Source of the DNA: Candidatus Methylospira mobilis
GTDB taxonomy: Bacteria > Pseudomonadota > Gammaproteobacteria > Methylococcales > Methylococcaceae
NCBI RefSeq assembly: GCF_009498235.1
Contig: NZ_CP044205.1
Span: 4,597,816-4,629,815 of the forward strand
Reading direction: 5' to 3'
DNA length: 32,000 nt
Numbering within the stretch: the stretch's first letter is position 1; every line of letters begins with the position of its first letter. The notes beneath the pieces were generated by a model. The model did no database searches and had not been told where the DNA came from. It worked only from the letters and a program-made list of their open reading frames with translations. A program made the position numbers and the translations under genes. Positions 14,879-24,243 of the stretch are shown piece by piece.

Positions 14879-16888
14879 ATGACAGTATCGAATAAGGACG
14901 ACCCACAAGACAGTGCGCTATTAACCCGGGAAGCAATACTCGGGTCGTCTAGACGAGCTCAACAGTATCTGCTGTCATTGCAGAAAACGGAAGGGGATTG
15001 GGAAGGCGAGATGGTTTGGTGCAGCATGATACTTGCCCAGGCAGTGATCGTGCGCACCATCACCGGGCATCCCTATACTGAAAGTGAAAAGCGGCTTATT
15101 GTCCGGCATTTTAGCGTAACTCAAGCGACGGATGGTTCATGGGGGATGCATCCGGAATCTCCGGGCTATGTTTTTTTCACCACGCTTGCCTATGTAGCGC
15201 TGCGTCTGCTCGGGCTGTCTCCACAGGATGATCTGCCGGCGCGCGGACTAAGCTGGATACATGCGCAGCCGCAGGGCGTCAAAGCCATACCTACCTGGGG
15301 AAAATTCTGGCTGGCCTTGCTGGATCTGTACGACTACCGCGGTTTGAATTCTGTCCCGCCGGAGTTGTTTTTGTTGCCTGAATGGCTGCCGTTCCATCCC
15401 CGCCGTTATTATTGCCATACACGCCAGATTTATCTGGCGATTGCTTATCTTTTCGGTTTGAGATTTCGTGCCGAATTGCCGGATGGATTGCGTGACAGCC
15501 TGAGGCAGGAGCTTTATGGCGATGAGTATGCGCAAATAGACTTCGCTGCGTTGAGACATCTGTTGGCTCCCAGTGATGTTTACGTGCCGATTACCCCGCT
15601 GTTGCGCGGTGTTTACGATCTGCTTGCCGCCTATGAGAGCGTGCATAGCAAGGCATTGCGCAATAAAGCCTTGGGGTTGTGTTTGAAACATATCGTTTAT
15701 GAGCTGAAAGTCAGCAATTATCAAGGTATTTCCCCGGTAAGCGGTCTATTGAACTGCCTGGTGTTGTTTGCAACGGATAAGCAGCACCCCGAATTGGCGC
15801 CGAGTCTGGCCGGAATAGAGACTTGGCGCTGGCAGGATGAAGAGGAAGGTTTGCGATATGTGGGCGCACACTCCAATACATGGGATACCGCTTTTGTATT
15901 GCAGGCGCTGGCCGAGATGCGTGCGCCGGCTCCGGAGGTTAATGGTGCGGTCAATCGCGCGCATGCCTTTTTGGCGCGCGCGCAGATCGTTGACGAATTG
16001 CCCGATTACCAGTCTCACTGGCGCGATAGCGCGCTGGGTGGCTGGTGTTTTTCCGATGGCCGCCATCGCTGGCCGGTCAGCGATTGCGCCGCCGAAGCGT
16101 TAAGCGCGTTGTTGTCGCTCTATGAGCATCCGGACATGTCGATAGACCGTCCGTTCGAGCGCCTACGCCTGGATCAGGCTGCGGACTTCATTCTGTCCAG
16201 GCAGAATGCCGATGGCGGTTTTGGCACCTACGAACGCCGGCGCGGTGGTAAACTGCTGGAAAAGGTTAATCCATCGGAAATGTTCGGTCAGTGCATGACC
16301 GAGCTTTCCTATATCGAATGCACCAGTTCGTCGCTGGCGGCTCTCGCGCATTACCGTAAACGCTTTCCATCGCATACAATAACAGGATTAAATGGCGCGA
16401 TAGCTCGGGCTGTGACTTTTTTGCGTGCCCAGCAGCTCAAGGATGGTTCTTTTCAGGGGTTTTGGGGCATCAACTATACTTATGCCTGTTTTCATGTCGT
16501 GCGTAGTTTGCGCATGGCTGAGGTTGCAGTGGATGATGGATTAGTGCAATCTGTGGCACAATGGTTGCTGACGCATCAAAAGCCAGATGGCGGTTGGGGC
16601 GAGCATTATACGAGTTGTCTTGGCGGTCGCTATATCGAACATGAGCAAAGCCAGGTCGTGATGACCGGTTGGGCGCTGATGGCGCTGGTTGAGGTATGCC
16701 CGCATGATCATGTTGCGATTCGGCGCGGTTACGGCTGGCTGCTGACGCAACAGCTTGAGAGCGGCGCATGGCCGCGCCAAGCGGTAAATGGGGTTTTTTT
16801 TGGGGCAGCCATGCTGGATTATCGTTTATATCACAGCTATTTCCCCGCTTGGGCGATATTCCGTCTGGCGCGCTTGCTGGGTGAATAG
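14879..16888 (+). CDS. osc: Oxidosqualene cyclase (lanosterol/cycloartenol/parkeol synthase class)
   Basis: This is a 669-aa ORF with multiple QW repeats (RQNADGGFGTYE, QLKDGSFQGFWG, QKPDGGWGEHY, QLESGAWPRQ). The catalytic motif is VSDCAAE (the OSC-type DCTAE), not the DxDD of squalene-hopene cyclases. The WDTAF motif is present. Confidence 0.92.
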   Translation: MTVSNKDDPQDSALLTREAILGSSRRAQQYLLSLQKTEGDWEGEMVWCSMILAQAVIVRTITGHPYTESEKRLIVRHFSVTQATDGSWGMHPESPGYVFFTTLAYVALRLLGLSPQDDLPARGLSWIHAQPQGVKAIPTWGKFWLALLDLYDYRGLNSVPPELFLLPEWLPFHPRRYYCHTRQIYLAIAYLFGLRFRAELPDGLRDSLRQELYGDEYAQIDFAALRHLLAPSDVYVPITPLLRGVYDLLAAYESVHSKALRNKALGLCLKHIVYELKVSNYQGISPVSGLLNCLVLFATDKQHPELAPSLAGIETWRWQDEEEGLRYVGAHSNTWDTAFVLQALAEMRAPAPEVNGAVNRAHAFLARAQIVDELPDYQSHWRDSALGGWCFSDGRHRWPVSDCAAEALSALLSLYEHPDMSIDRPFERLRLDQAADFILSRQNADGGFGTYERRRGGKLLEKVNPSEMFGQCMTELSYIECTSSSLAALAHYRKRFPSHTITGLNGAIARAVTFLRAQQLKDGSFQGFWGINYTYACFHVVRSLRMAEVAVDDGLVQSVAQWLLTHQKPDGGWGEHYTSCLGGRYIEHEQSQVVMTGWALMALVEVCPHDHVAIRRGYGWLLTQQLESGAWPRQAVNGVFFGAAMLDYRLYHSYFPAWAIFRLARLLGE

Positions 16889-16997
16889 GGTTAAGCGTAC
16901 TTGATCAGCTGCGAGGTTGACTGGTGCGGTTTGGAATGGCCGTGGGCATGTGGCGAATTTGCCAGCATATAATTTTAGCTAATTTCAGGAGCTTGAA

Positions 16998-18353
16998 ATG
17001 CAAGAAACGACAGCTAACCGTGAGCGTGTAGATGTCCTTATTGCCGGAGGGAGCATAGCGGGTGTCGCGGCAGCGGCGGCGCTTGCTCAGTTGGGATTGC
17101 GGGTATTGATCGTCGAGCCTTCGCCGGACCAGGGCCGGCGTCTCGCCGGAGAATTAGTGCATCCACCCGGTATCGATGGACTACGAGAGCTTGGGTTGCT
17201 TGCCGAGCACGATGGTTTGGGGCAGAAGGTGCAGGGATTCGCCGTGTTTTCCCAGGGAGGGGAGGCCGGACCGCAGCCCATGGTCTTGCCTTACGGCGAG
17301 GTAGACGGCAAACGCCCGGTAGGGCTGGCTATCGAGCATACGACTCTGAAGGAGCGATTGCTGGAGCGCGTAAAAACCTTTAACGCCGTTGACGTCTGGC
17401 AAGGAGCTCGCGTAACCGCGATGAATTCCGTGGAGGGAGGATCGTATGTTGCTACTGTGGATACCGGTTCTGCCGAGTCTGAATTGCGCGTTCATGCCAG
17501 ACTGATACTGGGGGCGGACGGGCCGATGTCGCAAATGCGCAAGATGATCGGTATCCAGTACGAAACTCAGCGCTATTCCGGCATGATGGGTACGGAAGTC
17601 AGTGATGCGCATTTACCCTATCACGGCTATGGTAATATCTTCCTGAACCAGGTGGGAGTGTCCTATGCCTATGCGATAGGCGGCGGCCGCGTACGCGTGA
17701 TGTTCGAAATTCTGAAGGGTGCGGATCAGAAGGGATCGATAGCTGCGCATTTGGCGGCGTTCCCTGATGAATTCAGACGGGAAGTGCAGGAAGCCATGAT
17801 GGCCAGCAAACCGCTGGCGGCGGCGAACTACTGCATCATTCCGGAAACCACGGTCAAAGGCAACGTCGCCCTGATAGGCGACGCGCGCGGCTGCTGTCAT
17901 CCGCTGACGGCGTCCGGCATCACTGCCGCCGTTAAGGATGCGTTTGTGCTGCGCGACGCTTTGCGTAAGCATAACCTGGATGTAACCGCCGCCCTGCGCG
18001 AGTATGCGCAGGTGTGCGATCAATTGCAGCTAACCCGTCGCACTCTGGCGGAAGAACTGCGCGAAGCGTTTCTTGCCGAAACGCCGCAGGCGAAATTGCT
18101 CAAGCAATGTATCTTTTCCTACTGGAAAACCAGTCCGCAGGGACGCGCCGAGTCCATGAATCTGCTGTCCACGCTGAATAGCAGCATTATTGCGCTGGCA
18201 GTGCAGTACGCGATGGTGGCGCTGCAGGCTTTCCGGTTGCTGCCGCAATGGATAAAAAGCAATGCGCTGATGGATTGGGTCCGCGGCGTGATCGGTCTGC
18301 TTTTCAAAAGCTTGAGCTTTCAATATGTGGCGATAACACAGCGAGTCAAATAG
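16998..18353 (+). CDS. sqmo: Squalene monooxygenase (squalene epoxidase), FAD-dependent
   Basis: This is a 451-aa ORF with AGGAG 7 nt upstream. It has the dinucleotide fold DVLIAGGSIAGVAAAAALA...VLIVE. GELVHPPGI matches the eukaryotic GELLQPGG motif, and GDARGCCHPLTASGITAAV matches GDAxNMRHPLTGGGMT. It lies directly downstream of the cyclase. Confidence 0.88.
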   Translation: MQETTANRERVDVLIAGGSIAGVAAAAALAQLGLRVLIVEPSPDQGRRLAGELVHPPGIDGLRELGLLAEHDGLGQKVQGFAVFSQGGEAGPQPMVLPYGEVDGKRPVGLAIEHTTLKERLLERVKTFNAVDVWQGARVTAMNSVEGGSYVATVDTGSAESELRVHARLILGADGPMSQMRKMIGIQYETQRYSGMMGTEVSDAHLPYHGYGNIFLNQVGVSYAYAIGGGRVRVMFEILKGADQKGSIAAHLAAFPDEFRREVQEAMMASKPLAAANYCIIPETTVKGNVALIGDARGCCHPLTASGITAAVKDAFVLRDALRKHNLDVTAALREYAQVCDQLQLTRRTLAEELREAFLAETPQAKLLKQCIFSYWKTSPQGRAESMNLLSTLNSSIIALAVQYAMVALQAFRLLPQWIKSNALMDWVRGVIGLLFKSLSFQYVAITQRVK

Positions 18354-18407
18354 TCCGTTCCGTCCTGGCGTTCGCGCCGGGCTTGATAGTTGATTCGGAT
18401 TCGAGAA

Positions 18408-18434
18408 GCAGGCCGCGCACGCGCGGCCTGCTTT
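18408..18434. terminator. GC-rich hairpin terminator between convergent sqmo and tsaD
   Basis: The 'gcaggccgcgc-ac-gcgcggcctgc' near-perfect palindrome lies at 18408-18431 and is followed by ttt on the plus strand. The U-tract is weaker on the minus strand. Confidence 0.7.
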
Positions 18435-18442
18435 CGTTCTGC

Positions 18443-19453
18443 TCAGGGCTTGGTAAGCTGATCCAGCGACCAGCGCGGACGCACCCGTATTTCGCTTCCT
18501 GCCTGGATTTCGCCCGACAAAAACCGTTGACAGCCTGCAAACGCTATCATTGCGCCATTGTCTGTGCAAAACTCGGGCCGAGGGTAGTACACTTCGAAGC
18601 CGTCCTGGCGCGCCAGTTCCGTAAAGCGGGAACGTATGCGTCCGTTGGCGCTGACGCCTCCGGCGATGACCAGTGTTTTGATTCCGGTGGCGGCAATGGC
18701 GCGGCGGCATTTAATCGCCAGCGTATCCACAACCGCTTCCTGGAAGGCGACGGCAATGTCAGCCTTGTCTTGACGGCTGCCCCCGGTGGCGGCGAATGTC
18801 GTGAGGGCGTGGGTTTTGAGACCGCTGAAGCTGAAGTCCAGGCCTGGGCGGTCGGTCATCGGGCGCGGGAATTTAAAACGTCCGGGTTGCCCCTGTTCGG
18901 CCAGTTTAGCCAGCTCGGGTCCGCCTGGGTAAGGCAGTCCCAGCATCTTGGCTGTTTTATCGAAGGCTTCTCCTGCCGCATCGTCAACCGACTCGCCCAG
19001 GGTTTCGTAATGTCCCATCGTCGCAACCTTGACCAGTAGTGTATGTCCGCCCGAAACCAGTAATGCGATAAAAGGGAAGCGAGGCGCACGGCTCTCCAAT
19101 AAGGGAGCAAGCAGATGCCCTTCCAAATGATGGATGGCCAGCGCCGGGACGCGCCAGGCCCATGCGATGCTGCGCGCTACCGATGCGCCCACCATTAGCG
19201 CGCCGGCCAGCCCCGGTCCGGCGGTATAAGCGACACCGCCGATGGTTGGCTCGCCGGCATCACGGATAACGCTGCGGACCAGTGGAATAATTTTTCGAAC
19301 ATGATCGCGAGACGCCAATTCCGGCACTACGCCGCCGTACTCCTGATGTATGCCGATCTGACTGAAGAGCCGGTGCGCCAACAAGCCTTGCTGCGCATGG
19401 TAAATTGCGACGCCGGTTTCATCGCAGGAGGTTTCAATGCCAAGGATATTCAT
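18443..19453 (-). CDS. tsaD: tRNA N6-adenosine threonylcarbamoyltransferase TsaD (Kae1/Gcp)
   Basis: This is a 336-aa ORF that begins [18 protein letters not shown]. It has the metal site HHLEGHL and [10 protein letters not shown] near the C-terminus. It is divergent from rpsU, as in many Proteobacteria. Confidence 0.95.
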   Translation of the reverse strand: MNILGIETSCDETGVAIYHAQQGLLAHRLFSQIGIHQEYGGVVPELASRDHVRKIIPLVRSVIRDAGEPTIGGVAYTAGPGLAGALMVGASVARSIAWAWRVPALAIHHLEGHLLAPLLESRAPRFPFIALLVSGGHTLLVKVATMGHYETLGESVDDAAGEAFDKTAKMLGLPYPGGPELAKLAEQGQPGRFKFPRPMTDRPGLDFSFSGLKTHALTTFAATGGSRQDKADIAVAFQEAVVDTLAIKCRRAIAATGIKTLVIAGGVSANGRIRSRFTELARQDGFEVYYPRPEFCTDNGAMIAFAGCQRFLSGEIQAGSEIRVRPRWSLDQLTKP

Positions 19454-19505
19454 GAATTAATTGTACTGTAGTTTACTGTTTGGCAGAAATTTTCGAGTTT
19501 TAGCT

Positions 19506-19534
19506 TTTAATTTATGCTGTCAGGCGGGTATAAT
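19506..19534 (+). promoter_or_regulatory. Candidate sigma-70 promoter for rpsU operon
   Basis: TTTAAT (19506-19511), a 17-nt spacer, then TATAAT (19529-19534), about 80 nt upstream of the rpsU ATG. The call rests on sequence pattern only. Confidence 0.35.
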
Positions 19535-19612
19535 CGTGAATTCGAGTGGGGGCGACCGGTAGGGTCCGGCCTCCGTGTCAGAATAGTTTGTGTAGATAAC
19601 GCGGGAAGTTAC

Positions 19613-19846
19613 ATGCCATCCATCAGAATTAGAGAAAACGAGCCTTTTGAAATCGCCATTCGCCGCTTCAAACGCGCCTGCGAAAAAGCTGGCGTACTGT
19701 CCGAAGTGCGCCGCCGTGAAGCTTACGAGAAGCCTACCGAAGAGCGTAAGCGCAAAGCGGCGGCAGCGATCAAGCGCCATTTGAAGAAGCTTTCCCGCGA
19801 ACGTTTTGCCTTGCAGAACCTGCGCAAAGGGCGTCCGGTAGTTTGA
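19613..19846 (+). CDS. rpsU: 30S ribosomal protein S21
   Basis: The internal ATG at 19613 gives [48 protein letters not shown]... This is collinear with E. coli S21 ([42 protein letters not shown]...). Confidence 0.95.
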   Translation: MPSIRIRENEPFEIAIRRFKRACEKAGVLSEVRRREAYEKPTEERKRKAAAAIKRHLKKLSRERFALQNLRKGRPVV

Positions 19847-19866
19847 TTGCAGTCTGGTTGTGAGCT

Positions 19867-20322
19867 ATGACAGATACGCTTAAGCGCCGCATACAGGATG
19901 ACATGAAGCTCGCGATGAAAGCGGGCGACAAGTCTCGTCTGGGAGTCATCCGTCTCATCCTTGCTGCCGTGAAACAGCGCGAAGTGGATGAGCGCATAGA
20001 ACTGGATGATGCCCAGGTTCTTGTCGTGCTCGATAAAATGGTCAAGCAGCGACGCGAATCCGTTTCCCAGTACTCTGCCGCGAACCGTAATGATCTGGCT
20101 GAAGTAGAGCAAAACGAAATCCTGATCATACAGGATTATTTGCCGCCAGCGCTGAGCGCTGAGGAGATCGAAGGGATGATAGCAACAGCCGTCAAGGATG
20201 CCGCGGCCACCACTGTAGGCGACATGGGCAAGGTGATGGCCTTATTGAAACCCTTGCTGCAAGGCCGGGCGGATGTAGGGGCGGTCAGCGCCCAGGTCAG
20301 AGCAAAACTGAGCGGCGCTTAA
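19867..20322 (+). CDS. yqeY: GatB/YqeY domain-containing protein
   Basis: This 151-aa ORF has the pattern IQDDMKLAMKAGDKSRLGVIRLILAAVKQREVDER...DMGKVMALLKP, typical of YqeY. Its position between rpsU and dnaG is conserved. Confidence 0.85.
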   Translation: MTDTLKRRIQDDMKLAMKAGDKSRLGVIRLILAAVKQREVDERIELDDAQVLVVLDKMVKQRRESVSQYSAANRNDLAEVEQNEILIIQDYLPPALSAEEIEGMIATAVKDAAATTVGDMGKVMALLKPLLQGRADVGAVSAQVRAKLSGA

Positions 20323-20415
20323 TTTCTCGCGAGGCTCTGTCGCAATGATGCAGGATGTATAGTGGCGCTGTCCTGCTGATATCTACCGCGCCTGCTACTG
20401 TGTGCAGGTTCGTTT

Positions 20416-22131
20416 ATGGCTGGCAAGATACCGAAATCGTTCATCGACGAATTGATCAGCTGCACCGATCTGGTTGATCTGATTGATGCGCGTGTGCCTC
20501 TAAAAAGAATAGGGAGCAATTTTACGGCTCGCTGTCCATTTCACGATGAGAAAACTCCCAGTTTCAGTGTAAACAGAGAAAAGCAGTTCTATCATTGCTT
20601 CGGCTGTGGCGCCAACGGCAACGCCATCAGTTTTTTGATGGATTACGAGCGTCAGGGCTTCGTCGAAGCCGTCGAAACATTGGCCGATATGGCCGGTCTG
20701 ACCGTTCCCAGCGAGGCGGTGAACCAGCATACGCCGGTTGACAATAATCAGAACGTCTATGCTTTGCAGCAGCAGGCAGCCGACTATTACACTCAACAGT
20801 TAAAGGAACATCCCGAGTCGAAACGCGCGGTCGATTATCTGAAGCAGCGCGGCGTCAGCGGTGAAATCGCCGCGCGTTATCACTTGGGCTATGCATCCTC
20901 CGGTTGGCAGAATCTGCCCAAATCGTTCTCGCCCGAGCTGTTGCGAGCAGCCGGACTGAGCGTCACTAATGAGCAAGGTCATAGTTATGATCGTTTCCGC
21001 AACCGCATCATGTTCCCGATTCGGGATCGCCGTGGCCGGGTCATAGGCTTCGGCGGGCGCGTAATTAATACGGAGGATACGCCTAAGTATCTGAATTCTC
21101 CGGAAACGGTGGTTTTTAAAAAGGGCCGGGAAGTGTACGGCCTTCACGAATTGCTTGCTGCGGTACGAAAGCCGGAACGAATTCTGATAGTGGAAGGCTA
21201 CATGGATGTAATCGCGCTGGCGCAGATGGGCTTTCCCTGCGCCGTGGCGACGCTGGGAACTGCGACATCGGGCGAGCACGTGCAATTGCTGTTCCGCTAT
21301 GCTCATGAGCTTGTTTTTTGTTTCGACGGCGACGTAGCGGGACAAAATGCCGCCTGGAAAGCGGCGGAAACCAGTCTGCCCTATCTGCGCGACGATAAGC
21401 ATATACGTTTTTTATCGCTCCCGGCGCAGCACGATCCGGATACGCTGATTCGGGAAGAAGGCCTGGAGCGTTTCGAGCTGCGCGTCAAAAGCGCTCTGCC
21501 GTTTTCCGAATATTTTTTCCAGCAATTGGGACAAAAGATAGACGCCGGGTCAATTGAGGGGCAGGCCAGTCTGGCGCAAATGGCAAGGCCGCTGCTCGAA
21601 AAAATTCCGGCGGGAGCATTTAAGGACGGGATGCTGGCGCGTCTTGCGGATAAAACCGGTCAGGAACGGAAACAAACATTGCTGCGGCCCCGGCGCACCG
21701 GAAACGTCAGACCTGCGCTTGCACGCACCGTACCGTCGACATTGCGAGCTATTGTCGTGATGTTGCTGCAAAATCCTTCGTTTTTCGCATTGATGGATGC
21801 AGAAACGCGTGTGCTGCTGGAAACGCATGAAAAGGCCGGTTTGCTGATCAGAAAGCTGGCGCATGTCTGGGAGGGGAATCCTTCCATTCAACTCGGAGGA
21901 ATACTTGAATCTTTCAGGGGTGAGCCTGAAGAAACTCAAGTGCGGCAGCTGAGTGTATGGGATGACCCGCTACTTGCCAAAAAGACCGAGGTTGATTTTC
22001 TGGATGCGATCAGAGCTTTTGTGCGCAACCTCAAGGAAGAACGGCTCAGTACTTTGATAAGAAAGGCAAAAGTTATTGATCTGTCGGACGTTGAACGGAA
22101 CGAAATGCGAAAGTTACTGTCCCAGAAATGA
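20416..22131 (+). CDS. dnaG: DNA primase DnaG
   Basis: This is a 571-aa ORF. It has the CHC2 zinc finger CPFHDEKTPSFSVNREKQFYHCFGCGANGN and a TOPRIM region (ILIVEGYMDVIAL...FDGDVAGQNAA). Confidence 0.95.
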   Translation: MAGKIPKSFIDELISCTDLVDLIDARVPLKRIGSNFTARCPFHDEKTPSFSVNREKQFYHCFGCGANGNAISFLMDYERQGFVEAVETLADMAGLTVPSEAVNQHTPVDNNQNVYALQQQAADYYTQQLKEHPESKRAVDYLKQRGVSGEIAARYHLGYASSGWQNLPKSFSPELLRAAGLSVTNEQGHSYDRFRNRIMFPIRDRRGRVIGFGGRVINTEDTPKYLNSPETVVFKKGREVYGLHELLAAVRKPERILIVEGYMDVIALAQMGFPCAVATLGTATSGEHVQLLFRYAHELVFCFDGDVAGQNAAWKAAETSLPYLRDDKHIRFLSLPAQHDPDTLIREEGLERFELRVKSALPFSEYFFQQLGQKIDAGSIEGQASLAQMARPLLEKIPAGAFKDGMLARLADKTGQERKQTLLRPRRTGNVRPALARTVPSTLRAIVVMLLQNPSFFALMDAETRVLLETHEKAGLLIRKLAHVWEGNPSIQLGGILESFRGEPEETQVRQLSVWDDPLLAKKTEVDFLDAIRAFVRNLKEERLSTLIRKAKVIDLSDVERNEMRKLLSQK

Positions 22132-22182
22132 TATTTCGCGACACAGGGCCCTTGAAGAATGAAGGGCTGATGACTATATTGC

Positions 22183-22211
22183 TTTAATCTGGTAATACTT
22201 TTACTTATAAT
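22183..22211 (+). promoter_or_regulatory. Candidate sigma-70 promoter for rpoD in the dnaG-rpoD gap
   Basis: TTTAAT (22183-22188), a 17-nt spacer, then TATAAT (22206-22211). The hexamer pair and spacing are the same as in the rpsU candidate. The call rests on pattern only. Confidence 0.3.
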
Positions 22212-22256
22212 GAAAAGTTGGATTTTTGTGGCGCCAGGAACCAATCGGATCAGTCG

Positions 22257-24050
22257 ATGACTCAAGAACAGCAGCAATCACAGCTTAGAGAACTTATTGC
22301 CAAGGGTCGGGCGCAGGGCTACCTGACTTATGCCGAGGTAAATGACCATTTGCCTGGTGATATTGTCGATCCCGAGCAGATGGAAGACATAGTCGGGATT
22401 ATCAGCAACATGGGCATCGAAGTCCATGAAGAAGTGCCTGATACCGACCTGATCGCCGGCAATGCGGTCGTATCCGAAGACGATGAGGATGAGGCGGCGG
22501 AAGTTGCCGCGGCCCTCGCATCGGTGGATGCGGAGCTCGGTAGAACCACGGACCCGGTACGCATGTACATGCGTGAAATGGGTACGGTAGAACTGCTGAC
22601 CCGTGAAGGCGAGTTGAAAATAGCCAAACGTATCGAAGCAGGTTTGAACCGTGCTGCGATGGAGCTGGTGCGTTTCCCGTTGGCGGTCGAGCACTTTATT
22701 GCTTCGTTTGACCGTCTGGAAGAAAACGGCTTGAAAGTTTCCGATCTGATCTCGGCGATTGTCGATCCCAACGCGCCGGAACCGGTGGTGCTGGACGAGG
22801 GGGTCGAAGCTGAAGTGGCCGAGGATGCCGAGAGCGGGCCTGATCCCGAACTGGTGCGCGAAAAGCTCGAAGCGTTTAAAAAACAGTATAAAGTTGCCGT
22901 GCAGGCACAGAACAAGCACGGTAAGGATCATGAGCGTGCAGCTAAAGCATTTGCCGATCTGGGGGAAAGCTTTCTCGAATTCAAGAAAACGCCGCTCTTT
23001 TTCAAGGAGCTGACCGATACCTTGCATGGTTCCGTGGAAAAAATCCGTGAACAGGAACGGTTCATCATGAATCTAGCCATCAGCAAGGCAAAAATTCCGA
23101 AGAGCGAGTTCCTGTCTGCTTTCCTGGGTAACGAAACCTCAGCGGAATGGCTTAATGTGATTCTTGGACGCGGAACAGCTTCTGCGCAGGCGTTATCCGG
23201 CTATGCGGACGATATCAAGCGCGCGCAGTCGAAAATGGCGGCGATCGAAAAGGAAAGCGGCTTGTCGGTGGCTGAGATCAAACAGATCAACAGTTCGATG
23301 TCTATTGGCGAAAGAAACGCGCGTGAAGCCAAGCGCGAAATGATAGAAGCCAACTTAAGGCTGGTCATTTCCATCGCGAAGAAATATACTAACAGGGGTC
23401 TGCAGTTCCTCGATCTGATTCAGGAAGGTAATATCGGCCTGATGAAGGCGGTCGACAAGTTCGAGTACCGCCGGGGCTACAAATTCTCGACCTATGCCAC
23501 GTGGTGGATACGTCAGGCGATTACGCGTTCGATTGCGGATCAGGCTCGCACCATACGCATACCGGTGCACATGATCGAAACGATCAACAAGCTGAACCGT
23601 ATTTCGCGGCAGATGCTGCAGGAGATGGGCCGCGAGCCTACCCCGGACGAGCTGGCGGTGCGCATGGAAATGCCGGAAGACAAAGTGCGTAAAGTACTCA
23701 AGATCGCCAAGGAGCCGATCTCCATGGAGACGCCAATAGGCGACGACGAGGATTCGCACTTGGGAGATTTCATTGAAGACTCGCGCGTGATGTCGCCGAT
23801 TGAATCAGCGACGGTTGCGGGGCTCCGTGAAACCACCCAGCAGGTGCTGGCAGGTCTTACCGCGCGTGAAGCCAAAGTACTCAGAATGCGCTTCGGGATC
23901 GATATGAATACCGACCACACGCTGGAAGAAGTCGGCAAACAATTCGATGTAACCCGAGAGCGCATACGGCAGATAGAGGCAAAAGCCTTGCGTAAACTAC
24001 GGCATCCGTCGCGGTCCGAGCAGCTCAAGAGCTTTCTTGACATAGAGTGA
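22257..24050 (+). CDS. rpoD: RNA polymerase sigma-70 factor RpoD
   Basis: Start ATG 22257 gives [33 protein letters not shown] (region 1.1). It has an acidic spacer, region 2 ([58 protein letters not shown]) and region 4 ([30 protein letters not shown]). The track ORF opens at an upstream TTG (22218), which I do not prefer. Confidence 0.95.
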   Translation: MTQEQQQSQLRELIAKGRAQGYLTYAEVNDHLPGDIVDPEQMEDIVGIISNMGIEVHEEVPDTDLIAGNAVVSEDDEDEAAEVAAALASVDAELGRTTDPVRMYMREMGTVELLTREGELKIAKRIEAGLNRAAMELVRFPLAVEHFIASFDRLEENGLKVSDLISAIVDPNAPEPVVLDEGVEAEVAEDAESGPDPELVREKLEAFKKQYKVAVQAQNKHGKDHERAAKAFADLGESFLEFKKTPLFFKELTDTLHGSVEKIREQERFIMNLAISKAKIPKSEFLSAFLGNETSAEWLNVILGRGTASAQALSGYADDIKRAQSKMAAIEKESGLSVAEIKQINSSMSIGERNAREAKREMIEANLRLVISIAKKYTNRGLQFLDLIQEGNIGLMKAVDKFEYRRGYKFSTYATWWIRQAITRSIADQARTIRIPVHMIETINKLNRISRQMLQEMGREPTPDELAVRMEMPEDKVRKVLKIAKEPISMETPIGDDEDSHLGDFIEDSRVMSPIESATVAGLRETTQQVLAGLTAREAKVLRMRFGIDMNTDHTLEEVGKQFDVTRERIRQIEAKALRKLRHPSRSEQLKSFLDIE

Positions 24051-24057
24051 CAATTTC

Positions 24058-24134
<77 letters not shown>

Positions 24135-24142
24135 AGAAAAAC

Positions 24143-24175
24143 AAAGGCTTGCATGCTATGCAAGCCTTTTTTATT
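24143..24175 (+). terminator. Rho-independent terminator after tRNA/rpoD
   Basis: The hairpin is 'aaaggcttgca-tgcta-tgcaagccttt', followed by a T6 tract (24167-24172). Confidence 0.85.
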
Positions 24176-24243
24176 TCACCAATTTGCCTCTCAGGTACAA
24201 TTTCGGTACAGTGCTCAGCACAAAACACTGTAGCGAGGGTCTT

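Noticed and set aside
15248-16780. Minus-strand ORFs inside the cyclase gene (158, 106, 99, 79 aa and others)
   Set aside because: These are shadow ORFs opposite a 669-aa gene with QW repeats and the catalytic motif.
17181-19039. Overlapping ORFs 17181-17612 -, 17613-18023 -, 18030-18710 -, 18248-19039 +
   Set aside because: They are antisense or off-frame to sqmo and tsaD. They run through the intergenic terminator hairpin and have Arg/Gln-rich artefactual composition.
19466-19490. LexA-box-like 'tactgtagtttactgtttgg' in the tsaD/rpsU divergent region
   Set aside because: It is a short direct repeat of TACTGT, not the CTGT-N8-ACAG palindrome. I cannot support an SOS box.
19514-19612. N-terminal 33-codon extension of the rpsU ORF
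   Set aside because: S21 homology begins exactly at the internal ATG 19613, and the extension covers the candidate promoter region.
22278-23027. 249-aa and 195-aa minus-strand ORFs, and 23540-24043 minus 167-aa ORF
   Set aside because: They are antisense to rpoD.
24194-24232. ggtaca direct repeat and tacagtg-N12-cactgta inverted repeat upstream of the integrase
   Set aside because: It may be an arm-type or regulatory site. However, it is short, unsupported by a second copy at the other island end, and the integrase is a pseudogene.
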